This document shows positions 24,704 through 38,654 of a stretch of 64,000 nt of DNA, piece after piece. How positions within the stretch are numbered: the first letter of the stretch is position 1; the number at the start of each line of letters is the position of its first letter. The stretch lies in assembly GCF_009914755.1 (NCBI RefSeq), contig NC_060926.1, one strand, 5' to 3'. Both the position numbers and the translations under genes were made by a program. A model generated the notes under the pieces. It was not told the DNA's origin. It did no database searches and saw only the letters and a program-made list of their open reading frames with translations. Source of the stretch: the human T2T-CHM13v2.0 reference genome, Homo sapiens.

Positions 24704-26411
24704 TTTTAACTGCTTGTTTTTTTTATTGCCTCTCCCTTCTACCACAACACCTACTTCATGAGAGAAAGATCTTTTTCTGCTGTAACAAGGACAGTATTTA
24801 TATGACAGATAGTAGCATTCCAATAAATAGCTCTTAAATCAATGAATTAACAAAAAATGTCCCAGACTGAGAAAATGACAAGGGAAACAAAGCCATTAAG
24901 GAAACAATATTTTGCCACTCATAGTACAGGAAAATAAATCTGAAGTCGTCAAATGGATTATTGACGGACTCCTCTTACTAATTGTTTATGGTAATGTAAT
25001 AAAGTCAGAGTCCCACATGAGAAAAACAGAACATTTTGTTTAATACAGAAAAATGTTTTGCTCAAATTAAAACATATATTCCAGAGTATAGACATATTTA
25101 CCACTTCAAGATAATGTCTAGAGTTGATAAATTTTTATCCTTTCAGGATCTATTCACTCTTATTCTTTTGACATTATCCAATGAATCAAAAAGACCTTGA
25201 AATTCTTAACATACGTCATTAGGAAAAACTTGAACATACCCTAAAGACTAATTTAAATACAGGAGGGGGGCTACTAGTTGAGAGATCTAAGTGGTTATAT
25301 TTGATTTATAAATAGGCTGTCCTAGATAAAAAGGAGCCAGGAATCAATGTGCCAGATAAAAGAGACCAGATGCTAAGGAAAGTAGCCCTATTTTCTAGAA
25401 AGGCCTCTTCAATAGAGACACTATGGGGAAAATATAGTTGGGCCTTGTAAGCTGTATTTGCAATCACTTCTCTGTAAATTGGGAAAAATCAAATGCCCAA
25501 CTCACATGTTTTGGTATTGATCAAGTTTTTAATAACTGTAATTTAAATCTATCTGTGAATAAATGTGAAAGCCTCTATTTTCAATAACATTCTAAATTCC
25601 TGCATATATCTGGAATTTAGAAGAAGGAAAAAGCAGTTTCATAAAGGTGTAGGATCACACACTATCTAAAAGAAAACATTTGCAAGAATATGTCTCTGTG
25701 AATAATCTTACAGAAAATTCCCTTTAAATATCTAGTTCAAGTTACACATTACAAATCACATTACAAAACTTTTTGTTCTCCGTATGGATCCAGTCTCTTG
25801 ATTATTAAGGACCCTGAGCCCTAGCTTGAAAGTAGAAACTTAAATCAGCGACTTTATTTTTATTGCCAAACGGAGAACTGAATTCATATAATAAGAGAGC
25901 AGTGGAGATGAGACATGACAGAATTCATTAATGTGCCAAGGATGTGGCCAACTTGTCTACAACTAGTTAAAAGGCAAATACACAGATTGATCATTTTTCT
26001 TTCCAGGACTGTACGTCACAATACACATGGCCTGTTTCCTAAAACCTTCTGTCTAATGTTTAATAGATTGATGGAACTTCAAAAACAGCACTCCCTACAA
26101 TCCTGCTAGGCAAGAGGGGACCTAAAGATACACTAGGTTAGAAGAGAGACTGTTTGAAATCTGAACTGGGAAGAATTAGGCTTTTTCCTGCAAATTTTCC
26201 CCTTTAAACTAAAACTTTCCGTTGGATGTAAAAGGGGCTGTGGCTTGAATCTGAGATTTTAAAAAAATGACTGATTCAAACCATTTTGATTTAGTTTTTA
26301 TTTTTTAAAATATTTTATCTTCAGCTTTCTTTGCACAAAGGAGTTACTATGCTTATCAATATGGACCATGATGTCAAAGATGTGAAGGTCAGCTTTATAT
26401 TCTCTTCTTAA

Positions 26412-26612
26412 AGAAGCAGCATGGAATGGTGGTTAGGAGTCAAAATCCCCAAGATAGAATGTCTGCTGCCTCGACAATATTAGGCAGAAAGCACAACCTC
26501 TGTGAGTCCCAGTGTCCTGGCATTATAATGGTACAACCTGCCTTAATTGCTTCCCAGGATTGTCTTGAAGAGAAAAATGAGATAAATTCACATGTAAACC
26601 TTTGAAATAAGA
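26412..26612 (+). mobile_element. MIR/MIR3 SINE
   Basis: gcagcatggaatggtggttaggag...caggattgtcttgaagagaaaaatgagataa. Confidence 0.65.
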
Positions 26613-27359
26613 GTATTCTAAGGCAGCCCAAAGTGTAATTTTCAGGGGACTGCATAAAACATTATCTTCTTAGTTCTCCAGGTTCCTTGAAGGAAATTTT
26701 AGTGTATTATTCATTGAACTGAAAGTTAATAGGTTATATGTTAGTCCTTAATTGTTCATCCTTCCCTAAATGGTAGTCTTTAACTGTCCCACTTGCTGTT
26801 CTTGGTCAAATTACCTAACTTTTCCTGCCCTATATCTGTGTCTTCCATTGTCCCCTCTTTTCAGAATTTTAGAAGATTCTATGTGGTAAACCCAAAGAAC
26901 GTAGATAAATTGACTGTTCTTTGGGAGATCTACATTAAAAATCATTAGATGCACTGCTAAGAAGTTTTTACATTCTCCTTCTGTTTACACAAACGCACAG
27001 AAACTGACATGAGCCTGGGGAACCCATATTGCCCTCCTCAAACTAGAATTTTAACCTCATAGTATTAGACAAAAAGAAGCACTGTCAAACAAGGGCTGAT
27101 ATTTTAACTTCTGGAGATGCCCTGAGCCACCCAGAGAGTGTCCTTTCATTACCTTCTGTCGTCTGCTAACCAAATTTGATTGGACTTGTGCAGAAGTTAG
27201 CCACAGTTTTTCAGTCCAGTGAAGACTAATTGGTGTGTCACATATCATTTCCCTGAATGACTTGCATTGTAAAGTTTACTGTCTAGTATGTGTGCTTTGA
27301 ACTGTATGTACTTTTAAATGCACATGGATTTTAAATGATTTACGTTATAAAATTTTCTG

Positions 27360-27585
27360 CAATTTGCAAAGTAATTTTAACGTGTATTACTTCATTTGAT
27401 TTTTGCAACAAACTCTCTAGGGCAGGAAATTCACTACGACTCCCATTATGGAAATGGAGAAACTGAATCAGAAAGAGTTAAGCAACATGTTCAAGGCCAT
27501 ATGGGTCAAAAAAGACAGAACAAGCCTAGAGCCCAATTTCCTAACTGTTGGTTTAGGGCTCTATCAATTGTATGCCTCCCGTCAT
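27360..27585 (-). mobile_element. MIR SINE
   Basis: cccattatggaaatggagaaactgaatcagaaagagttaagcaacatgttcaagg. Confidence 0.65.
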
Positions 27586-27758
27586 TGTCCTTTGTTCATT
27601 AATTCATTCAATTATTCAGTCCTTGAAGTTTGATTCAAGTTATCCAATGGCAGCAAAGTAGAAAATGCTCTCAGAGTCCCAGCCCCTGGGTAAGTCATAC
27701 TAGTGCTCTATGCCCCAGTTTCATGTAAAAATGTGAAAGGTTCAAATTAGATTATTTT

Positions 27759-28063
27759 TTTCCTTTTTTTTTTTTTTTTTTTTTCCTGAGACAGGGTCTC
27801 ACTCTGTGCCCTAGGCTGGAATGCAGTGGCTCAATCTCGGCTCACTGCAGCCTTAACCTCCCAGACTCAAGTGATCCTCTCACCTCAGCCTCCTGAGTAG
27901 CTGGGACTATAGGCACATGCCACTACGCCCAGCTAATTTTTGTACTTTTTATAGAGATGGGGTTTCACCATGTTGCCCAGGCTGGCCTCGAACTCCTGGG
28001 CTCTAGGGATCCGCCTGCCTTGGCCTCCTAGAGTGCTGAGTTTACAGGCCACTGTACCCGGCC
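27759..28063 (-). mobile_element. AluJ (Jb-like)
   Basis: Poly-T, then gagacagggtctcactctg...ccactgtacccggcc. TSD aaa(t/c)tagat(t/g)attt. Confidence 0.95.
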
Positions 28064-28099
28064 CAAACTAGATGATTTCTAAAATCAAATCTATCCAGG

Positions 28100-28325
28100 G
28101 GTAGTGTATGAGCCATGTATTAAAACAATACAAGATTTGAATATTGGCCCTTCTGCTTCCTGGCTGTGTGATTTGGGAAAAATTATATAACCTCTCTGCT
28201 TATCAGTTTTCTCATAAGTAAAGACAGAGGTGTTAACATTAATTTTGAAGAAATCTTGTGAAAAATAAGTAAAATAATCTATGTAAAAGAAATTGCCAAA
28301 TGGCAAGCACTCAATAAATGTCAAT
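28100..28325 (+). mobile_element. MIR SINE
   Basis: ggctgtgtgatttgggaaaattatataacctctctgcttatcagttttctcataagtaaa...aagcactcaataaatg. Confidence 0.75.
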
Positions 28326-30148
28326 GATTCCTTTTGACGTTAACACTTGTCATATTCTAAAAGCATATACATTATTTTTAATAGCAGTTTAATCATTATC
28401 TATAAAGGCATTGCTAGCTTTACTAACTTCAGAGGGAAAGCATTAAATATATTAAACATCTATACGATCAAAAATGACTTCACTAAACATAACATTTTTA
28501 TTAAGAGTTCATCTGTAAGATCTTAGCATTGTAAGATCATTTCCCTAAGATTCAACTCAGAAGACCATGGATTCAATAAGAAATGTGAACATATTTTAAT
28601 ATCCCCATCCTTTTCTTTTTAATAGGAATATGAAAATTAAATATAAGAGCTTTACATATCAGAGCAGATGGAATCTTATTGCATAGGTTAATCCTTTAAA
28701 CCAGTAAATAAAAGGAGCAAGTCCATGTGGAAAAAATTATTAATGATCTTAAAAAAATGGAGCATAGATAATGGGTATAAATAATCCTGCTTGCCCAAAT
28801 GTTTCTTTAAAACTGGAAAATAAAAGTATATAATTTATTTTTTAAATGATTTAGGCTTACTACTAAACAACAGCATCCTTGGAAAAATTAAACCACAATC
28901 ATCATCAGAGACAGGGGTAAGAAGCCACATAGCTACATCACCAAAAAGAGCAACTCACCAGTTACAATGAATATGATGGTTTTAATTGCTTTCTGGCAGG
29001 GCTGTCAGACTACTAAGAAAAATCCTATAGACAGAAAAATCATACATAAGGATCTTTCTCTTTCTGTCTCTTTTATTACAAAGTAAAAAGCATTTGGGTA
29101 GCCTTTTTTAATTTTAAATTTTTATTTTTAACATATATTAATTCGAAGCATCGTTTCAGGTCCAGGTGCCATGCGGAAAATGACTGATGTTCCAGGGATA
29201 GGAAAGGGATGAATACTGGGAGACATCCAAATTATAAACATCTAAAAATCCTGGGAAAATACCCATTTCCTCTAAGAATAGATTCTCACTAAGAATCTAA
29301 TTCTATTTTTATTTGTTTATTGCTTCATACATCCAAAGTAATATTGTAAGCAGTTTTCAAAAAAATATATTTAATACTTGACCCTATGAAAATAACTACC
29401 GATTTAATTTATATTTTGTTTGCTAAAAAAATATTAAACCCATGTTTACATTTATGTGGTTCAATCCTTTTATACTCTAAATATGTCTTTATGCAATACA
29501 AAAGGAGCATTTTAAATTTTATTTTTTGTTTTACTTTATAAAAAGTTAAGTGAAATATTTTACTTTAGAAAATTAGAAAGTGAGCTTCAGAAGAGAGTCA
29601 AATTAAGTTTTTATAAAGTTTGTCTTTTACTTTTAAAAGTTAGTGTTTATATATTGGTATAAGGACTTTAATATAGTCTCTGAGCTCTGTAGTATGCAAC
29701 CTAATAAAATAAAAACAACTTAGGTAATATATATGACTGAAACTATCAAAGTAATCATTGAACTTCATATTCAGAAAATTTTTGTTTAAAAGCCATTATT
29801 CTGACACCAATTTTTGATTGCTCAGATATGATAAAGTTTCTCTAAGAAAAGCCATTCTCAAGATATTTCATTTCTGTTCTCCACTCTACATATATTTTTT
29901 GTACATAAAGTTAGTATTAGAACAAAGCAGTTAACCTTATCAAAATCTATTATAAATTATCAGTTGTAAGATGCGGAAATTCCCAAAGGTACTATCCATC
30001 TAATTTATGGTAAAGATGTGCCTCTTTGAATAGACTCCATTTTAGATCAAGGTTGAGCTAACCCTCACTTTTGGTCCTAAAGTGGCTAAACTCTGCAATA
30101 ACAACAACAACAATAATAAAACCTCACAAAGCTTCTACAAAGAAACAG

Positions 30149-30174
30149 TAATAATAATAATAATAATAATAATA
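30149..30174. repeat. (AAT)n microsatellite, with (AAC)n nearby at ~30100
   Basis: Visible directly. Confidence 0.85.
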
Positions 30175-31156
30175 GCACCAGAAATACCCAACTTTGATAA
30201 GCAGTCATGTTTTAGTCCTCAGTTTTTCTTCTCCTTGCAATTTCTCAAAAGATAATGCCCAGAAATTTAGGCTTCTTGTCAGGGTCCTGCCCCCAGTGAA
30301 AAATAATAAAAACCCACCAATCTAAATAAGCCCAGTAAACTTTATTTATAATAATTAAAATGCCAGAAATAAGGGGTAAAGGTATGAGTAAATGGTGATG
30401 ATGTAACTCCTTAAAACTTCCAGTAACAGTCTTGACCTTCAATTACTTGTATCAAGATAAGCATGATTATGATGATTTCAGGATGTAAAAGAGGAGAAAG
30501 TTATGCAAGTCATAAACTTATAGTTCCCATTTTTAAAATAATCCATGTTTTATTGGTTCATATATGGAGCCTAAAGCTGATTAGTTCAATTGATTAAAGA
30601 TTAGCATCAGTGAAGCCAGAGGATCATTTTGGTCTTTGGAGATAAAAATTAGCTGTATTCTGTGTTTTGGTATAGCAGAGAGTAAAGTTAATTCTATTAA
30701 GGTATCTACAAGGATATGTCATTGGTTGGTCTCAGAGGGCAACAGGTTAAAGCAATATAAGTTGGTCATCACCATTACTAGAAATACAATTACCTTGTCT
30801 TCATGATAGTGGGTCAATGGCATAATCTTTGGCACCATTCAATACATATTAGGCAATTGGTCAACATTTGAGTAATTGCAAATATGAATTTTGAATGTAC
30901 CTTTATAGTATGTTTATTTTATTTATTTAGCTCTTCTATATCAATTTGCTATAATTATATTTTTATCTAGCCCCTTTATATCAGTTGTGTTTTAATAAAT
31001 CCTTCCCAGAACATATATCACTATATGCAAATTACTGCTTGTCTTACACAGCATCCAACATGGACATACTCTATTCCCAGTATGCAATTCAGCACACATG
31101 ATTCAATAATACTCAAAGTGTATAACATTGAATGATACAAAAGAGCATTAGAAATG

Positions 31157-31763
31157 TTTTATTATGAAATTTTGTTAAAATTATTTTCATTTATTGTTCA
31201 TTCTTTATTCATTAACTATTTATTGAGTGCCTACTGTGTGCCAAGCTATAACAGATCATACGGTGATAAAAAGACTAAGTTCCAACACTTCACAGCAGGC
31301 TCATAAACACATCTACTCCTACCCACCTTCAACAAACACAATGTTATTACATTATAAACCACAAATGGAGGAAAACTTTTCTTGAGCCTAATTGTGTCTC
31401 TAGCAAGCTTTATCATGTTATTTTGGGAAAAGGATTGAGCCTTACACATTACATACTGGAGTTTACAACAGCTGTTAAAAAGAAAAAGTCTCTAGTTACA
31501 CAGCTCTGGCTTCTGTTCATTTTGTGATTATTATTATAAGTCAAAAGTCTATAGCAATAAAAATGACATCAACAGGAACAACAATAACCATAATATACAC
31601 CAAATATTGTCTACAGCTATATTAACAGTGCATATTCATTGCAGGAGAGTGGGTGGAAGACTTGGGGACTAGCTGACTCAATAAAAGGAACAAATCATAG
31701 TAGCCTTTCAACTTCCACCGGGTCATACGGCACCCGGAGGTGAAATTAAAATCGGTTTACAAC
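31157..31763 (-). other. Candidate terminal exon (3' end uncertain) of an unidentified minus-strand transcript
   Basis: Acceptor ttcatttttcag|GTTGTA at 31763, locally CpG-rich sequence, and an AATAAA (tttatt on +) near 31157. Confidence 0.35.
31188..31300 (-). mobile_element. L2 3' end
   Basis: ttcattaactatttattgagtgcctactgtgtgccaag. Confidence 0.75.
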
Positions 31764-32434
31764 CTGAAAAATGAACTTCAAGTCATGGATTAGAAGATTA
31801 GTCAATGCTGTGTTAAGGAAAGATTAAAAAAAGAAAAAAACTGTTCAGGCCATAAAGAGGTCATGACACTTTATTATCATAAACAAAAATTTAACAATCA
31901 ATTTTTTTTTGCTAAAGTAAGCAGCATATCAGGCCAATAAAGAATGGCAAATGATATCTGTGTACCTGAGCAGTGAATGTTTTACTGTATTTTGGGGACG
32001 AAAATAACATAAAAAAAGACAAATAACAAAGTGAATTAATGGGAAAGTTTGAATATCTGAAAGAACTCTTAGATCAGTCATCCTTAAACGTCTATGTAAA
32101 ATACTTAAACAGTTACCCTCAATGAACTTCAACTTACATATTTATAAATTATAAAGATATGGTACCATGCAAATATGTAATATTTAACATTAAAACCTTA
32201 TACAAAGAGAGAAAAACTTAAAGGATTAGAAAAAACTGTACATAAAGAGCAATTCTAATATTTTCCTTCTAAAAAGGATTATATTATTTACACCTTGTAT
32301 TCTGAGCATCCCACTTTGTAGACCACTTTGTAGAAATAAAAACAGGCTGAAGGCAAGCTACAGTCAGAAAAAACAGCAACTTAGCAAATATTACTGATGA
32401 GCAAATTCCATGAAAGGGTATGTTTTAAACTTAC

Positions 32435-32543
32435 AAATACAGGATAACATTGAAAATCTGTGAATAGGAAGGTCCTGGTGTATTGATAAAAACCATACTT
32501 TAGCTAAATTCCTAAGAGTCACTGACAATCAGACAGGCTTATC
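32435..32543 (-). other. Candidate 109-nt internal exon
   Basis: Acceptor tttttctcttggtgtttttcaag|GATAAG and perfect donor |gtaagt. Confidence 0.4.
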
Positions 32544-35500
32544 CTTGAAAAACACCAAGAGAAAAACATGTATGTTCTCAAGCAATAATACTAATAATGT
32601 AAAAAATTCAAAGGTAAAATTCTCAATACTCATGTGACACTGAGCTATTAGAACAGTAAAACCTCATTAATGTTAACTCTTAAAACTCTTAGGATTGGAA
32701 CTAGGGACCATTCAGCATTGGGGTTAACATTTACCTTCCTTATTCTTTCTTCTTAGGTAATATAAAGAGAGATTATGTAGAGAGTTGTTTTAAAGAACAA
32801 GCAAACAGATTACCTCTCAACACTTGAGAAGTACTCGTTTACATAGTGAAAATATATTTACTATTTAAACAGTCTTGTCTATTGATGACAGCAAAAATCA
32901 TGCAACTTTTTTCTAGCCTAATTCAGCTACTGTGTGCATCTGAAAGAAATAAAATTAAATTTGTTTAAAGTATTATTTAATTGATTTTTGTTTACTAATT
33001 CTGCCCAGTATTTTCCATTTTATTTGAATTAATGAGATTTCCCTTATTCAAAGTGTTATAAATGTACACATTGTGAGGCTACTTGCATGTTTCAGTAATT
33101 AATAACTTATTTATTTACAAAATATTTGGCTATACAAAGGATAGTAAAAGATACATTTTAAATATTGACTCATTGTGGCCATCAAGCATTATCTAGAGCC
33201 ACAGTGTAAATAACTGCCTTTGTTTTATCAGGATTCTATAAGTGCATAAAACGGAAGTGAAAATGTCATATTTCTCAGGATACTGAGGCCCCTTGAAGTT
33301 TTATGAAACCTTAAGTAGAAAGTATATAGGAAAGAAATTGTACATTCTACAATTATAAGTACTTGATCTTAAAAAAAAGTCATATGGCCTAAGATTAATG
33401 CAAAAATATTATGGACTGAGATTTAAACCAAATTGGTTGTGTATGCATTTACTTATCACCCAGTAGGCATGGCAGAACTCCATCTTATTATGTTTAAAAG
33501 TATAAATCTCAAATTTGTACGTCATATGGATGGAATGTATCCAGCAATAAATATGCAGTTTAGAGGAACCTTTGCAATGCTGTAGAATAATTTGGACAGC
33601 TGGTGTTATTGGTTGATCTACAAGGTTTTTGGTGTTCTTATCAATCTGCTCTTTTACACTTAATTTAAATTTAGTATAAATATTCACTGTCAAAAAAATT
33701 AAATTGGGGGAGAATGATCTCACATTTTAACTCAGGATACAAAACCAGAATATTAGCAGATGAATTACATGGATAGGTGAGTTTTTATGGTTCTAACTGG
33801 TATGGAGACAAAGAAAAGTGATAATTTGTTTTTGTTTATGCAGGCTAGATGAAGTTCCAAAATGCAAAATAAAATAAAAAATAAAAAAGAATCTTCTAGT
33901 TGCCAGTTCTGTGGTATACATGCTCTTTTTATTAGGAAAACTTGTTTAATTACTAATAACACCTAACATTTGTTGAGCACTTTCTACTTTCCAAAGCATT
34001 TACACATCTATTATCTCATAACAGCCTTAGGAGATTATAAGTAATTAAATATAGCAAAAGGCAGTTATGGTAGGTAATTTGGAGTATTATAAACCAGGCT
34101 TGGATTGATACAGGTAGAGAGAAAACAAGTCTTTTATCCTTTGTCTTTTACATTAGGAATATGGAGTCTTTGCAGCATATTAGTATTTGTAGTTTAGGAG
34201 CTGCTTATACAGTAAATACTAAGTGGTTGTATCCCTTGTACATTCCCTGGATATGTACCATTATTACTTGTGGTAGAGTTACCCTGATGTGGCTTCTGCA
34301 GGTCTAATGAACTGTTTTCTTGAAGCCCTAATCACAGTGTTTCTGTTTTTTCACCCAACACAATGCTCACCTGCACGACTATAGTCATATTAGACTTAGC
34401 CTTACATGGGACTCTAACTTAATTGCATTTAATTCCTTGTTCAAACAAGCAGCATTTTGAAAGTGCTTGTAAAGTGGCCACAAGATCTACACAGGAAAAG
34501 AACAAAATAACAAGGCCTGAGCATGTTTTACATGGATTCTGTCAAGCTCAAAGCAGGATCATATTTGGCCACTTCCAACATAGAGAAACATAACACACAA
34601 TTGTATCCAGTGTGTGAAAAAGCAAGCCAACAGAAAACTTTCAGACCTTATCTATCAAATAATAAATGAAAAACAAGCTATTTACACATGTGAGGGCAGG
34701 TGGAAACATGGGAGGCCCCATCAGGAACTTAGAAAAAGCAGGTAGCAAACAAAGCCAAGAGGCATGCAAAGCTTTAATTTTTATTAAAAGGCAAAGGAAA
34801 CTGTTTAACGAATTACACAGCTTAAGAAAGGTAAAAATCCTTCAGGCAGGGAGAGATGAGCCTATGGAAATAGAATACCAGTTCTACTCATACTCTAACA
34901 CAAAAATATCTGTAGTTCTTTTCTAAACTTTGCTATATATATCACATCACTCAGCTCTAAATTGAGTTTATATGTCACATTAATGTAAATACTGAATATT
35001 TATCTAATCAAAATTATAGTATAACTGTATTGGGAGAATGGTGTGGGGAGACGAAAGGGAGTATATGTGTGGTGGGTGCAGAAGAGAGAGGGTGCTAATT
35101 CCTTAACAGTACACTTCTCCCATAGTGAGAGATCAAGAGAGAAAGTCTACAATAGAAAATTGAAGAACTTAAATGGTTTAGAGGAAATAATGAGGACAAT
35201 AATAATTTAGGATAATAATAATTTAGCTCTTGGATTCTTCAAGTGCATGGAGTTTATATTTTTAATTTAATGTTTTTAAGGGTTTGGCATTCCAAAGGTT
35301 GTTTTAAGCAAGCAGGAGTTATCTTTGTTTTAAATTCTCACTAGATAAAGTGATATTGGTCCAGACACTAAATAATAAAGATTGGAAAAGGAATTTAGAA
35401 AAGGCTAATGTTTATATGGTAGTAGTTTGGCCTATCAGACCATAAAACCCACATGATTGTTGCAGAAGGGTCGAGGATTCTGGGAAATAAAATGATTTAA

Positions 35501-35904
35501 ATAGTGATTAAAGATCTATATCCTTACTGAAAAACATTATTTATCACACTATAAATGAATAAAACAACAGACCTTTTAGGACTATCCCTCCCCAAAATTG
35601 GTATAACTACTCGGAGTCTATTTTTAAATTTATATGTCTCATTTAATATAATATTTTTATTCCTTCATCTAATTCTTCTCCTTTCTTGCTTTGTATAATG
35701 TATCCCTTGCCTGACCAGATGGCAGTGAATCAGCCAATAATCACGGAAGGCACATCGTAATATATTAACATCCTAATGACTTATTTTGCAGATCTGTTTC
35801 CAAAAATCACAATCAATAATAAAAATACAGAGTTGACCTGGAAACAAGACTGCATGATATGAAAATATCCTGGAGTGGCATTCCTATTGTCCATCTGTAA
35901 TGAA

Positions 35905-36180
35905 CACTGCACTGTACCTTACTTAACCAGTTTCCATGACCCAGGTCTCCCTAATAAAACTTCAAATTTGTTCAGGTAACTACTTTATTTGTTCAGACAA
36001 AGTGCCTCATGGGAAGCTGCCCCAACCTCCCTTCCAAAGGAGGGACGGGCTGGTCTAACAGTAATCACCTTTCCAGTAATTAGTTTAGAAATGGACAGAT
36101 GATGACCCATTTATGATCAATGACACACAAGGAGAGGTTTGCTGGAAGCTTCAGAGAAAGTTATTTCTTCTGAAAGAGTA
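35905..36180 (+). mobile_element. LTR16-like ERVL LTR fragment
   Basis: ttagtttagaaatggacagatgatgacccattt...caatgacacacaaggagaggtttgctggaagcttc. Confidence 0.5.
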
Positions 36181-36229
36181 ATGGAATCTCTCTCTCTCTC
36201 TCCCCCACTTTTTTTGTTGGTTTTGGCTG

Positions 36230-37190
36230 TTTTTTCCTCTAAATTATTCAATTTTTTAAAATTTCTATTTTAGACATTACCTGTTGAATTCCCACCATGT
36301 AAGAAGTTTAGGATTTAACTTCTCTTACTTCCTTGACCCTACCACATATGTATCCCTTATCACCCCCACCCCTCTTCCCAATAAGGTTATAACTTTGATT
36401 AGATCAACATTTGGTAGTTACTACATAAACTCAACTCAGATTTTAGTGCCAGGGGTGTGCTGGTAAACTGGTTCTCTGGAAAGAAAATAATTGTATAAGT
36501 CCCGATTGGTACAGTGTGCTGAGTCCCATGGCATAAATACTCCTGCTTTGTTCAATTTCAGGTTACCAAGGTCATTAAATGTAAAATTTGAAATAAATGG
36601 GCACATTCGGTTCTCATGAGTTCTTTTCCTTTGGGTTAATAATTGTCATGTTTGTATTTGTTTGCTTGCTACATTTTCTATATACTTACAAATGATTAAA
36701 CAACAAATTCCCCCAATCATATAACTCTCTTCTAAAGATGTACAGGTATGTCAGATATTTCATCAATTGGATGTTTTTGAAAAAGGCTTTTCTGTCACAT
36801 TGTGCTCTCATTGCCTTCTATGCCTGGCATGCCATTATGCTTGGATTTCCTTGCACTCTCATCTTGAGAATTCTCTTCCCCAGCTCTGATCCTCTATTTC
36901 CTGCATCCCATGTCTTTCTTGCTTTACTACCCCATTTTCGTGGATCACTTCCTCCAGTGGCTTCCTAGGAAAATTTCTGAGGCTTTGTATGTCTGACAAT
37001 GTCTTTATTCTACTTTCACCCTTGATTGATAGTAGAAGTGGCTTTAAAACTCCAGTTTGGAAGTAATTTCCTTCAGAATGTTGAAGGCTTTGATTCATTT
37101 TGATCTAGCTCTCAATGTAGGTGTTGAGAAGTGCAATGACATTCTGATTGCTAATTCTTTGCATGTGGCCTGCTTTTTCTCTGTTGAATA
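36230..37190 (-). mobile_element. HAL1-like fragment interrupted by MER63
   Basis: ctgaggctttgtatgtctgacaatgtctttattctactttcacc...ttccttcagaatgttgaagg. Confidence 0.6.
36449..36621 (-). mobile_element. MER63A-like hAT-Blackjack element
   Basis: ccaggggtgtgctggtaaactggttctctgg (TIR); ccatggcataaatactcc; ttcggttctcatgag. Confidence 0.75.
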
Positions 37191-37543
37191 CTTTAAGTAT
37201 TTAGACCAAAACATTTATATTTTGAGAATTAGAATGGATTCAAGGTTTCCAGTGGCATTCCAGTATGGTTTTCTGAGTAGAAGGGAAGAGTATGCAATAG
37301 TGTGTATCCTAGAGGAAATATGGCGGCCTATTATCTTAATGTGGCCACAAGAGTATAACATATGCAAATATGTGTGTTAAGGTAGGAAAAATAAACTTCT
37401 TCCAAAAGGAATTGATAAGAGACTTTCATCAATTCTATATTGAGAGGGAGATTAAAGAGAAGGAGCACAATAGTTTGGAATGAAAGAGGGGAAAATGTCT
37501 TTTCCTCTTGGCCTTGAAGAATTGGTAGTTTAAAAACTCTATT

Positions 37544-37928
<385 letters not shown>

Positions 37929-38269
37929 TTACCTCACACATATATTCTCTTAATGTTTTCAATAATACTTATAACAAAAATAATACATGACCTGGAAAAT
38001 TCAACTGGTCACACAGGAATATTACAAAAGTAAAATTTTCCTCTCCCCAATGTACAGTCCTATCATTCACAGGATTTTATTTAGCTTCCTAAAAGAAGGT
38101 TAACAATATGTTTAAAAAAAAAAAACACTTAAAAGTTATTATTACCAAAGTTACAATGTCATAATAATGTTCTCCTCCTTGCTTTAATACATAATAATGT
38201 AATTCATCTTAGTTCACACAGGTCTACCTCCTCATCTTTCATGGCTGCATGGTAGTCCATTGTATTGAC

Positions 38270-38583
38270 CAGAGGTCAGTGAAGTAGAACGTGTAGGCCA
38301 ACTATGACCCACTGCTTGTTCTTATAATGGCCTGTGAGCTAAAAATGATTTTTGCATTTTAAAATGATTAAGGAAAATAAAAATACTATTTTCTGATAAG
38401 AAAATTATGTGAAATTCAAATTTCAGTGTCCCTATGTCAACTTTTATTAGAACAGCAGCAGCCACATCCATTTAGGTACTGTCTGTGGCTGCTTTTACAC
38501 TTCGAGTGGGATGGTAGTGACATGGAGTATGTAGCCTACCAAGCTTAAAACATTTACTGTTTGGCCCTTTGGCTGACCTCTTG
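38270..38583 (+). mobile_element. MER58B hAT-Charlie element
   Basis: cagaggtcag...ggcctgtgagctaaaaatgatttttgcatttt...gttggccctttggctgacctc. Confidence 0.8.
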
Positions 38584-38654
38584 CATAAGCTATATAATCT
38601 ATTTAACTCAACATGAAAGTAAGCATTCAAAGGGTTTTCAATCCTGCAAGTAGG

